From Chitinophagales bacterium (GTDB lineage: Bacteria; Bacteroidota; Bacteroidia; Chitinophagales; LD1), in assembly GCA_046329495.1 (NCBI GenBank), contig JAXLUO010000018.1, positions 15,045 to 79,044 on the forward strand: a stretch of DNA of 64,000 bases, read 5' to 3'. This document shows positions 39,453 to 47,210 of this stretch, piece after piece. A program made the position numbers and the translations under genes. The notes below the pieces were generated by a model. The model had not been told where the DNA came from. It ran no database searches and was given only the letters and a program-made list of their open reading frames with translations. Numbering within the stretch: the stretch's first letter is position 1; each line of letters begins with the position of its first letter.

Positions 39453-39731
39453 TTACCGGTAAATAAATAGCATTACTAAACCGATTAGGAAAATACCAAA
39501 GCAAATCACGTAACCCATATAGACTTTCTTCGCATACCTTATTTGTGCTACTTTAATAGTGTCACTTTCTGACGCCAATGCCTGATTAAATTTCGCCAAG
39601 GATGGCCTTCCTCCAACTTTAACCAATCCATTAAAATAAAGTTTACCGTACAGAAAACCAGCATAAACAGACAGACAGCCACACAGCACTGCAAGCAGAA
39701 CAAGCCCAAACTCAAAACTGTTAAATTTCAT
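39453..39731 (-). CDS. Hypothetical small membrane protein
   Basis: 92 aa with two predicted transmembrane segments. It lies between a 14-mer shared with locus C and the body of repeat copy B. Confidence 0.4.
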   Translation of the reverse strand: MKFNSFEFGLVLLAVLCGCLSVYAGFLYGKLYFNGLVKVGGRPSLAKFNQALASESDTIKVAQIRYAKKVYMGYVICFGIFLIGLVMLFIYR

Positions 39732-39897
39732 CTCTTCTTAAAATCAACTCAGTAAAGATATTTTAAATCTCATGAACAAGAATATTGCTGCCGTCTGCGT
39801 GGGTAGAAGAAAGAGTATACCAGCAAACCATTTTGTTAATTTTAAGTACTACTATTTGAAACTTTAAACCATTTAACCTATCTTTACAGAGCAATAA

Positions 39898-39910
39898 GTT
39901 CTTTGACAAC
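39898..39910 (+). promoter_or_regulatory. boxA-like motif GTTCTTTGACAAC in the conserved 5' module
   Basis: Identical 13-mer in copy C (58716-58728, minus strand) within otherwise diverged flanks. It resembles the rrn boxA motifs GCTCTTTAACAA and GTTCTTTGAAAAC as I recall them. Confidence 0.4.
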
Positions 39911-40178
39911 CTCAGTAAAACCTAAACCACCGGCAACCCACAACTGTCGCAAGGGTAAACTATACCTGCACACCGGGCACGAAATGTTATCTTAAGTCAA
40001 GCCAATGCCGGACAAAAGATGACATCTCTGTAGACCTGCCTGCCACAAACACACAGGATAACTATGCCCTGCCGCCAAACACTTTAAAATTCCGGCAATT
40101 TGTGCACGCAAAATCAACTGCACAAATGTGCACAAATGAAAACTTCTCTAATGCGTTCCATGTTGGAACTTGCCGAAA

Positions 40179-40629
40179 GTGTAAAGAAGTGTAAAGTTTA
40201 ACCTGCATTTATCTTGAAATTCCTCTACATCCAGAACATCCTGGTTCTAAAAGTGTAAAGGAGTGTAAAGTTGCAATTGCCGTGAACAGTGAACCGAGAA
40301 CTCTTTTAATTGTAAAGAAGTGTAAAGTTTGACCTGCATTTATCCTGAAAATCCTCTAGATCCTGAACATCCTGGTCCAAAAAGTGTAAAGAAGTGTAAA
40401 GTTCTATAAACTGTATTCTTTTTCTGTCTCTGTGTTAAATCATCGATTTCGATCATTTAACACAACCTTTTTCAGGACGCTACACGGGCTGTTAATCCTG
40501 AAATCCTCTAATCCTACGAATCCTAGTTCAGACAAAATTGTAACGAAGTGTAAAGTTTAACCTGCATTTATCCTGAAAATCCTCTAGATCCTGAACATCC
40601 TGGTCCAAAAAGTGTAAAGGAGTGTAAAG
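40179..40629 (+). promoter_or_regulatory. Iteron-like array: six (G/T)TGTAA(A/C)G-N3-GTGTAAAG sites (40179, 40253, 40310, 40384, 40538, 40612). Three pairs enclose about 50 bp tracts of ATCCT phased every 9-10 bp.
   Basis: Read directly. The tract cctgcatttatcctgaaaatcctctagatcctgaacatcctggtcc recurs at about 40202, 40333 and 40561. Confidence 0.7.
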
Positions 40630-40847
40630 TTTAAACCAAAAAAATTCTTTGCGTCTTTGTGTAAACCGCTTTTTTAATCGATTTAACACAAAAATCGCTC
40701 ATATGAATTTTTCTGTAACTTGTGCACAAGCTGAAAAGTGCACAAGCATGCACAAGTAGCTGTGGATAACCCCGGACTCTTCTGGCCTCCCATCAACGTT
40801 AAAAATACACTGCAAAACAGCCAATTAAGCGCAACGCTGCATTTTCA

Positions 40848-40874
40848 CCCCCTCTTTGCGAAGCAGAGAGGGGG
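40848..40874. other. Strong GC-rich hairpin (12 bp stem, 3 nt loop) with no T-tract
   Basis: ccccctctttgc gaa gcagagaggggg, one mismatch. Confidence 0.6.
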
Positions 40875-41080
40875 CCGGGGGGTGAGTCGAGGGCAAACTG
40901 GCTATCGAGAACACACCTACGGGGAACGAGGAACAATCCTGATTCAGCATTCTAAAATCAAAAATCCGTAATGATAGGCTTGATAGGCCTTTACGTGCAA
41001 CCAATCAATCCCTATCATTCCCAATCAAAAACTATCAAACCCTATCATAACTGTAAAACAGCAAGCCATCCATCTAAAGG

Positions 41081-41400
41081 TGTAACCTTTTTCAAAAAAT
41101 AAAACAACTCCGGCATCCTTGTATTTATCTGTGTATTATGTGCAATCGGTGGTTAACTGTATTTCAACCTTTAACTACCGCGCCAATCATAAAAATCTGT
41201 GTTTCTCTGCGTTCCATTAAAAGCGTGCCCCCTAATTCAATGTAACCTTTTCAAAAAAATAAAACAACTCCGGCATCCTTGTATTTATCTGTTTTAATCC
41301 GTGCAATCTGTGGTCAATTGTATTTCAAGCATTAAATACCGCGCCAATCATAAAAACCTGCGTTCATCTGCGTTCCATTGTATTACCCACCCATTCTCTA
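41081..41400 (+). repeat. Tandem repeat, 2 x about 160 bp, in the leader of the lipid operon
   Basis: gtaacctttt at 41082 and at 41242. The units share aaaataaaacaactccggcatccttgtatttatctgt and ccgcgccaatcataaaaa.ctg.gtt..tctgcgttccatt. Confidence 0.8.
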
Positions 41401-41475
41401 TATTGACTTTTATCACCCCAAAAACCTGCCTCCATTCCCCCGCACTTTCCTATTTTAACCCCTGCAAACTATACC

Positions 41476-43128
41476 ATGCAAGTAATAGACATACACCCCG
41501 ATTGGTGGAAGTGGGGCACTGCCGAAAAACGCAAGGCCCTAACCGATTATCCGAATCTGAAAACACATCTGGAACAACGTTGGAACATCGGCTTAAACAC
41601 CCGTCGCGATGAGCCCGCCAATTTTCCGGTACTAGCCAATGCCGATAACGCAAACAAACTGGAGATACTCTTTGGTCAGTTCAACTTTACAACAAAGGCC
41701 GATACCCGCTTAATTAAAAGCCTGGGCAAAAGCTATAAGGACCTTTTGTTTTCTGTTACCCGCACGGCTGTGCGTGTGGTGGATGGTGTGGTCTATCCGC
41801 AGAATCACGAGGAAATACAGCGTATTTTAGAGATTGCTTCGCGCGAAGGCGTGCTGGTAATGCCGTTCGGCGGTGGCAGCAACGTATGCGGCGATTTCGA
41901 TTTACCGGGTGCCGATGCCCGCCCCCGACTGGCTATGGACATGGCGAAGATGAATACCCTGCTACACCTCGATAAGGTAAACCACAAGGCCACCTTTCAG
42001 GCAGGTATTTATGGTCCGGCGCTGGAGCAAATGTTGAATGCACAGGGCTTTACCCTGGGTCATTTCCCGCAATCGTTTGAATATTCAACTCTCGGCGGTT
42101 GGGTGGTAACCCGCAGTGCAGGACAGGAAAGTTCCGGTTATGGTCGTATAGAAGATATTGCCATTGCAATAAAGGTGGCCACACCCACAGGCACCCTGCA
42201 AACCAGTAGTTACGAAGGCGACGCCGCCGGGGTGAACCTGAAAGGATTATACTTTGGCAGCGAAGGCATGTTTGGCGTAGTAACGGAAGTTACGGTGCGT
42301 ATCCATCCCCTGCCTAAAACAAAACAATGGGCTATTGCCTTATTCCCTAACTACCAAAGCGGGTTGAATGCGCTGCAAAGTTTAGTGCAGCAAAACATCT
42401 TCCCTACCGTTGTGCGCTATAGCGATGAGCACGAAACATTCTTTCTATCGCTGCTTTCGCACGAAACACCGGGCTTTGTTACCAACATAAAAGCAGCAGT
42501 AAAAAGCGCGGTGCTTAAATGGAAGAAGCTGGAGCAAGGCTGCATTATGATGATACGTTTTGAAGATGATTGTGGTGAAGATTGTCCGAAGTTGGAAAAA
42601 GCAAAACGCGCCTTTAGCGATAACGGTGCTATGCTGTTAGGCGATGCACTGGGCAAACGTTGGGAAACCAGCCGCTTTGGTTTGCCCTATTTGCGCGATG
42701 ACATGATGTTGCGCAATGTAGTGGTTGATACCATGGAAACCGTAGTACCCTGGAACAAAATTGACGAGTTGCGCAAAAAACTGCGCCTGGCTTTGGATAC
42801 CTGCACAGCCTTTCAAAATCAGCAGGGCATCCTGTTGGCGCATGTATCGCACGTATATACCAGTTGCGCCAGCATTTACTTTACCGTACTTACACCTATG
42901 CAAACAGGTAACGAAATGAACCAATGGCGCGAGATAAAGAAAACCGTAACCGATACGATTGTGAACAATGGTGGAGCAGTATCGCATCACCATGGCGTTG
43001 GTAAGGACCACCAGCCCTGGTATCTGCAAACTACCGATGAAGTAACCAAGCGCATTTTGCAAAGTGTAAAACAGGCTGTTGACCCGGCCAATATTCTTAA
43101 CCCCGGCAAGTTGTTCGATGAAGCGTGA
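41476..43128 (+). CDS. FAD-linked oxidase, alkyl-DHAP synthase (AGPS)-like
   Basis: 550 aa. PCMH-type FAD-binding domain (VVYPQNHEEIQRILEIASREGVLVMPFGGGSNVCG) and a C-terminal FAD-oxidase domain (HHHGVGKDH). Confidence 0.8.
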   Translation: MQVIDIHPDWWKWGTAEKRKALTDYPNLKTHLEQRWNIGLNTRRDEPANFPVLANADNANKLEILFGQFNFTTKADTRLIKSLGKSYKDLLFSVTRTAVRVVDGVVYPQNHEEIQRILEIASREGVLVMPFGGGSNVCGDFDLPGADARPRLAMDMAKMNTLLHLDKVNHKATFQAGIYGPALEQMLNAQGFTLGHFPQSFEYSTLGGWVVTRSAGQESSGYGRIEDIAIAIKVATPTGTLQTSSYEGDAAGVNLKGLYFGSEGMFGVVTEVTVRIHPLPKTKQWAIALFPNYQSGLNALQSLVQQNIFPTVVRYSDEHETFFLSLLSHETPGFVTNIKAAVKSAVLKWKKLEQGCIMMIRFEDDCGEDCPKLEKAKRAFSDNGAMLLGDALGKRWETSRFGLPYLRDDMMLRNVVVDTMETVVPWNKIDELRKKLRLALDTCTAFQNQQGILLAHVSHVYTSCASIYFTVLTPMQTGNEMNQWREIKKTVTDTIVNNGGAVSHHHGVGKDHQPWYLQTTDEVTKRILQSVKQAVDPANILNPGKLFDEA

Positions 43129-44677
43129 AGCACAAATACAGCGTGCACAAACCAAGCACTTTGATGTTGCCATCATCGGCGGCGGCATAACCGGCGCCGG
43201 CATTTTAATGAATGCCGTGCAGCAGGGTTTAAAAGCTGTGTTGATCGAAAAGAATGACTTTGCCTCGGGCACCAGCAGCCGCTCTTCTAAAATGATACAC
43301 GGCGGGTTGCGTTATATGCAGTACATGCAGTTTGGCTTAATTAAAGAAGCCCTGCAGGAGCGCGGCCATCTGCTCAAAAAGTTTCCGCACCTGGTTAAGC
43401 CGGTTGGTTATGTGTTCCCGCATCATGGTTCTAAACTGGGTTTGTGGGTAAAGAACATAGGCTTGACTTTGTATGACACCATGGCTGCTGATGCGGAGTT
43501 CCCGAAACATGTGTTACTCAACAAAGCGCAAACGCTTAGCGAAATAAACGGCTACACTACCGATAAACTGGCCGGCTCTATTTTGTATTACGATTGCGGC
43601 ACCAACGATGCCCGCTTAACGGTAGATACCATTTCGGAATGCATACACTACGGTGCGGTAGCTATTAATTATGTAAAGGCGATAAAAGCAGAAGGCGATG
43701 ATGCAATCACCACGCTACAATGCAACGATGTGTTAAGCGGAAGCAGCTTTAGTATTCAAGCTAAAGTATACATCAACGCCACCGGTATATGGACCGATGA
43801 AACCCTGCAACAGGTTGCCGGTATACCAAGCCGGCGCATGATGCCAACTAAGGGCATACATGTAGTGGTGAGCACCGATAAGTTACCCGCTAACCGCGTG
43901 GCCATTGTAAAAGTGCCCGGCGAAAAACGGTATATCTACAACCTGCCCTGGGAAAACAACCTGAGCATATTAGGTACTACCGATACTACCTACAACGGTC
44001 GCAACGATGAGGTACTCACAACCGAAGCAGATGTGCAATACATTCTGGATGCCTTCAACCACTGCTTCCCGAATTTGAAACTTACCTATGCCGATGTAAT
44101 AAGCGTTTATGCCGGTTTGCGTCCTCTATTAAACGACGAAGGAAAGGACAACAGCAGCCGCTCGCGCGAATACGAAACCTGGTGGAGCAAAACCAACTGG
44201 CTGAATATTGCCGGTGGTAAACTCACGTCGTTTTTAAATATGGGTAAGCGTTGCCTGCAGGTGGTACATCAAAGGTTCCCCGGCATGCAGGCCGGTATTC
44301 CTGAAAAAGAAACGTGGCACGGCACAGGCAAATGGGCCAAAGAGTATGGCGAGTTTGGTTTATTGATTGAAGCCATTGAACACGAAAAACCTGAACATAC
44401 ACAACGCATTAGTGCTGTGTATAACTACACCATAGCCGAACTGTTGTTTTTTATTCGCTACCAGTTTGCACAGCAGGTAGCAGATTTACTAACCCGCCGC
44501 ACCAGTGTTACTTATGCTATGCGCAATTATGATGCTTTACTTGTAAAGCAAGTGGCGGAATTGATGGCCCGCGAATTGCAAAAAGACGCTGCCTGGATAG
44601 AGGCAGCCTGCAATAGCTACTATCAGCATTGGCAGGAGTATCATCCCGCTTTCCTTACATCAACCCCTAAATCATAA
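43121..44677 (+). CDS. glpD: FAD-dependent glycerol-3-phosphate dehydrogenase/oxidase
   Basis: FDVAIIGGGITGAG dinucleotide motif, SSRSSKMIHGGLRY, GGKLTSF. The ATG overlaps the upstream stop (ATGAAGCGTGA). Confidence 0.85.
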   Translation, partial: KREAQIQRAQTKHFDVAIIGGGITGAGILMNAVQQGLKAVLIEKNDFASGTSSRSSKMIHGGLRYMQYMQFGLIKEALQERGHLLKKFPHLVKPVGYVFPHHGSKLGLWVKNIGLTLYDTMAADAEFPKHVLLNKAQTLSEINGYTTDKLAGSILYYDCGTNDARLTVDTISECIHYGAVAINYVKAIKAEGDDAITTLQCNDVLSGSSFSIQAKVYINATGIWTDETLQQVAGIPSRRMMPTKGIHVVVSTDKLPANRVAIVKVPGEKRYIYNLPWENNLSILGTTDTTYNGRNDEVLTTEADVQYILDAFNHCFPNLKLTYADVISVYAGLRPLLNDEGKDNSSRSREYETWWSKTNWLNIAGGKLTSFLNMGKRCLQVVHQRFPGMQAGIPEKETWHGTGKWAKEYGEFGLLIEAIEHEKPEHTQRISAVYNYTIAELLFFIRYQFAQQVADLLTRRTSVTYAMRNYDALLVKQVAELMARELQKDAAWIEAACNSYYQHWQEYHPAFLTSTPKS

Positions 44678-44684
44678 TTGCCGC

Positions 44685-45596
44685 ATGAAAAAGATCGCCT
44701 TTATTATCCATGGTCGCTTAAAAACACAAGGCCGTTTACAGCAGGAAGCATTAAGCACCTTTCAACCCGATTACCAGGTTTCGTTTTTATTAACGGAGCG
44801 TAGTGGTCATGCCACGGAACTTACCATGCGTGCGGTAGAACAGGGTTGCACGCACATTATCTGTTGTGGTGGCGATGGTAGTTTAAATGAATGCGCCAAC
44901 GGCCTTATGCAATGCGGCGATAAAGCAGCCGATGTGCAGTTAGGTGTGTTACCTTACGGCACCGGTAACGACTTTATCAAAACGGTTCAATCACCAAAAA
45001 CAATGGCTGCCTTAAAACAGGCTATCGAGAAGGGTGGTAAAAAGCTGATCGACTTAGGCCATGCCTGGTATACGGGAACAGATGGTCAACCGGTTAACCG
45101 CTACTTTATTAATATAACCGACATCGGTATGGGCGGTGTGGTAGCTGAAAAGTTGAGCCGTAGCAGTAAGATGTTCGGCTCTACCGTTACTTACCAATAC
45201 TCTATTATCTCCACCTTCTTTACTTACCAAAAGCAACCCATTAAGGTGCAGGCAGATAGTTTTAAGTACGAAGGCCGTGTGATGAACTTTGTAATTGCCA
45301 ACGGTATCTGGTTCGGTAGTGGCTTAGGTGTTTCGCCCGATTCGGATGTGTGCGATGGCTTGCTGAACGTAATTGCCCTGGGCGATGTGGGCACAGCCGA
45401 CTACTTTAAAAACCTGAGCAAAGTAAAGAAGGCCGAAAAAGTAATGCACCCCGAAGTGAAATATATGACAGCCCGCGAAGTAAATGTTGAATCATCATTA
45501 GGTCCCATTAGCATTGATATGGATGGGGAGTTTGTGGGCTACTCGCCCTTAAAGGTTAAAGCAGTACACAAAGCGCTTTGGTTTATTACGGGTTAA
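44685..45596 (+). CDS. Diacylglycerol kinase-family lipid kinase (YegS/BmrU/sphingosine kinase-like)
   Basis: GGDGSLNE and LPYGTGNDF motifs of the DAGK catalytic domain. 303 aa. Confidence 0.85.
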   Translation: MKKIAFIIHGRLKTQGRLQQEALSTFQPDYQVSFLLTERSGHATELTMRAVEQGCTHIICCGGDGSLNECANGLMQCGDKAADVQLGVLPYGTGNDFIKTVQSPKTMAALKQAIEKGGKKLIDLGHAWYTGTDGQPVNRYFINITDIGMGGVVAEKLSRSSKMFGSTVTYQYSIISTFFTYQKQPIKVQADSFKYEGRVMNFVIANGIWFGSGLGVSPDSDVCDGLLNVIALGDVGTADYFKNLSKVKKAEKVMHPEVKYMTAREVNVESSLGPISIDMDGEFVGYSPLKVKAVHKALWFITG

Positions 45597-45927
45597 AAGC
45601 GCATTTTACACATAAGTATTATTTGCTATTCAACTTGCAATTGGGCATATTTTACCACATAGCGAAAGTTCGCAGTTGTTAAATATGCTATGTTTTAAAG
45701 GCCGGTGTGGAGAAAAAAGAAGGCATAACATTTGTTGCATTTTCAGCAAAAAACACGCAAAAACAAATGCTTTTGACGTCATTTTATGCTCAATTCCATT
45801 TGTGCTCATTCATATATGCAAAGTGTTTTCCACGCATATTAAAGCGCCTAAAAACGAATTTTTCGCAAAAAGGCACATCTTTGTATTCATCCATAAAACG
45901 AAGCGATTATTCACGAAAAGGTTTTGA

Positions 45928-47151
45928 ATGAGTCTATTCGATAAATGCTACAACTATAACGATGCCGACCTTACTAAGGACAAAGGCGTGTATCCTTACT
46001 TCCGCCCTATTCAGGAAAGCGAAGGCCCCACTGTAATGATGGAAGGTAGAAGGGTGGTAATGGCAGGTTCTAACAATTACCTGGGCTTAACGGCACACCC
46101 TAAAGTAAAGGAAGCAGCATTTGCGGCGCTTAAGAAATACGGCACCAGTTGTTCCGGCTCACGCTTCCTAACCGGCACTATCGATCTGCACATTAAGTTG
46201 GAAGAAAAGATAGCACGCTTTATGGGCAAGGAAGCCGCACTGTTGTTCAGTACAGGATTCCAGGCCGGCCAGGGTGTTATCTTCCCTTTAATCAGCAAAG
46301 GCGATTACATCTTAAGCGACCGCGATAATCATAGCAGCATTGTAGCAGGCAACTTATTGAGTGCTTCTATGCACGCACATGTAGTACGCTACAAGCACAA
46401 CGATATGGAGGATTTGGAGAATCGCTTATCCAAAATCCCTGCCGAAGCAAACAAACTGATTGTTACCGATGGCGTGTTCAGCGCACATGGCTTGGTAGTT
46501 AACTTAACCGATCTTACCGCACTTGCTAAAAAGTATGGCGCACAGGTATTGGTAGATGATGCACACGGCTTTGGTGTACTTGGTCCTGATGGAAAAGGTA
46601 CCGTGCATCATTTCGGCGCTGAAAATGATGTAGACCTTATTGTATGTACCTTCAGCAAAACCTTAGCTTCTTTAGGTGGTTTTGTAGTTGGCGAAGAGCG
46701 CGTTATCAATTACCTGAAACATAAATCACCGGCCTTAATATTCTCTGCATCACCTACACCTGCATCTGTTGCAGCTGCTGATGCAGCACTGGATATATTA
46801 ATAGAACAACCGGAATTAGCAACACGTGTTCGCCGCAATGCTGAACGTGTTCGTCAGGGCTTGCGCGATGTAGGCTTTTCAGTTATTGAAGGCGAAGCAG
46901 CTATCGTTCCGGTTATCATCGGCGACGATCAAAAGACTTTTGCTATCTGGAAGATGTTATATGAAGAAGGCGTGTTTGTGAATGCGTTCATTTCGCCTGC
47001 AACGCCTCCGGGCATGCAAATGCTGCGTACCAGCTATATGGCTACACACGAAGACCACCACCTCGATTTTATAGTAGATAAATTTCTAAAGGTGGGCCGG
47101 CAACTCGATTTACTGAACCGCGACATAGAAGAAGAGCGCAAAAGAGCCTGA
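45928..47151 (+). CDS. spt: Alpha-oxoamine synthase, most similar to Bacteroidota/Sphingobacterium serine palmitoyltransferase
   Basis: YPYFRPI, GSNNYLGL, GSRFLTGT, LFSTGFQ, VDDAHG, the PLP lysine in TFSKTLASLGGF, and GVFVN. This matches my recollection of Sphingobacterium SPT better than BioF or Kbl. Confidence 0.7.
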   Translation: MSLFDKCYNYNDADLTKDKGVYPYFRPIQESEGPTVMMEGRRVVMAGSNNYLGLTAHPKVKEAAFAALKKYGTSCSGSRFLTGTIDLHIKLEEKIARFMGKEAALLFSTGFQAGQGVIFPLISKGDYILSDRDNHSSIVAGNLLSASMHAHVVRYKHNDMEDLENRLSKIPAEANKLIVTDGVFSAHGLVVNLTDLTALAKKYGAQVLVDDAHGFGVLGPDGKGTVHHFGAENDVDLIVCTFSKTLASLGGFVVGEERVINYLKHKSPALIFSASPTPASVAAADAALDILIEQPELATRVRRNAERVRQGLRDVGFSVIEGEAAIVPVIIGDDQKTFAIWKMLYEEGVFVNAFISPATPPGMQMLRTSYMATHEDHHLDFIVDKFLKVGRQLDLLNRDIEEERKRA

Positions 47152-47210
47152 TAAATTAAACTAATTATATTTCGGGATGCTATGCGCAGGCAGGCACCAA
47201 ACAAACAGTC

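Larger units (their letters stand above)
39822..40770 (+). repeat. Copy B (longest, about 950 bp) of the multi-copy noncoding element: 5' conserved module, iteron-like array, 3' module
   Basis: Aligns in inverted orientation with 58193-58805 and directly with 1-104. No ORF of 60 aa or more lies inside it. Confidence 0.9.

Noticed and set aside
40179-40629. The repeated 22-mers with intervening sequences could be read as a CRISPR array.
   Set aside because: The spacing is irregular (57 to 154 bp between sites) and the so-called spacers are themselves repeated three times. The repeat is an internal direct duplication of an 8-mer rather than a 28-37 nt unit. No cas genes are present.
39822-40770. 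Chromosomal or plasmid replication origin, suggested by a perfect DnaA box, iteron-like repeats and AT-rich stretches.
   Set aside because: Each copy has only one consensus DnaA box (TGTGGATAA at 40761-40769 and 95-103; one mismatch in copy C). The TTATCCTGA sites have two mismatches. The element occurs three times within 60 kb. No dnaA, dnaN or rep gene is nearby. This cannot be fully excluded without GC-skew or marker-frequency data.
40738-41612. ORFs 40738-40971 (77 aa), 41301-41612 (103 aa) and 41450-41653 (67 aa) in the leader region.
   Set aside because: They run across the repeat module, the hairpin or the tandem 160 bp units, or overlap the start of the AGPS-like gene. Their amino acid composition is biased and they have no sensible start context, so they were treated as noncoding.
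45676-45931. Two overlapping ORFs of 74-83 aa in the AT-rich gap between the lipid kinase and the spt-like gene.
   Set aside because: They lie in two different overlapping frames and are rich in K, F, I and C, typical of AT-rich noncoding DNA. The region is more plausibly the spt promoter.
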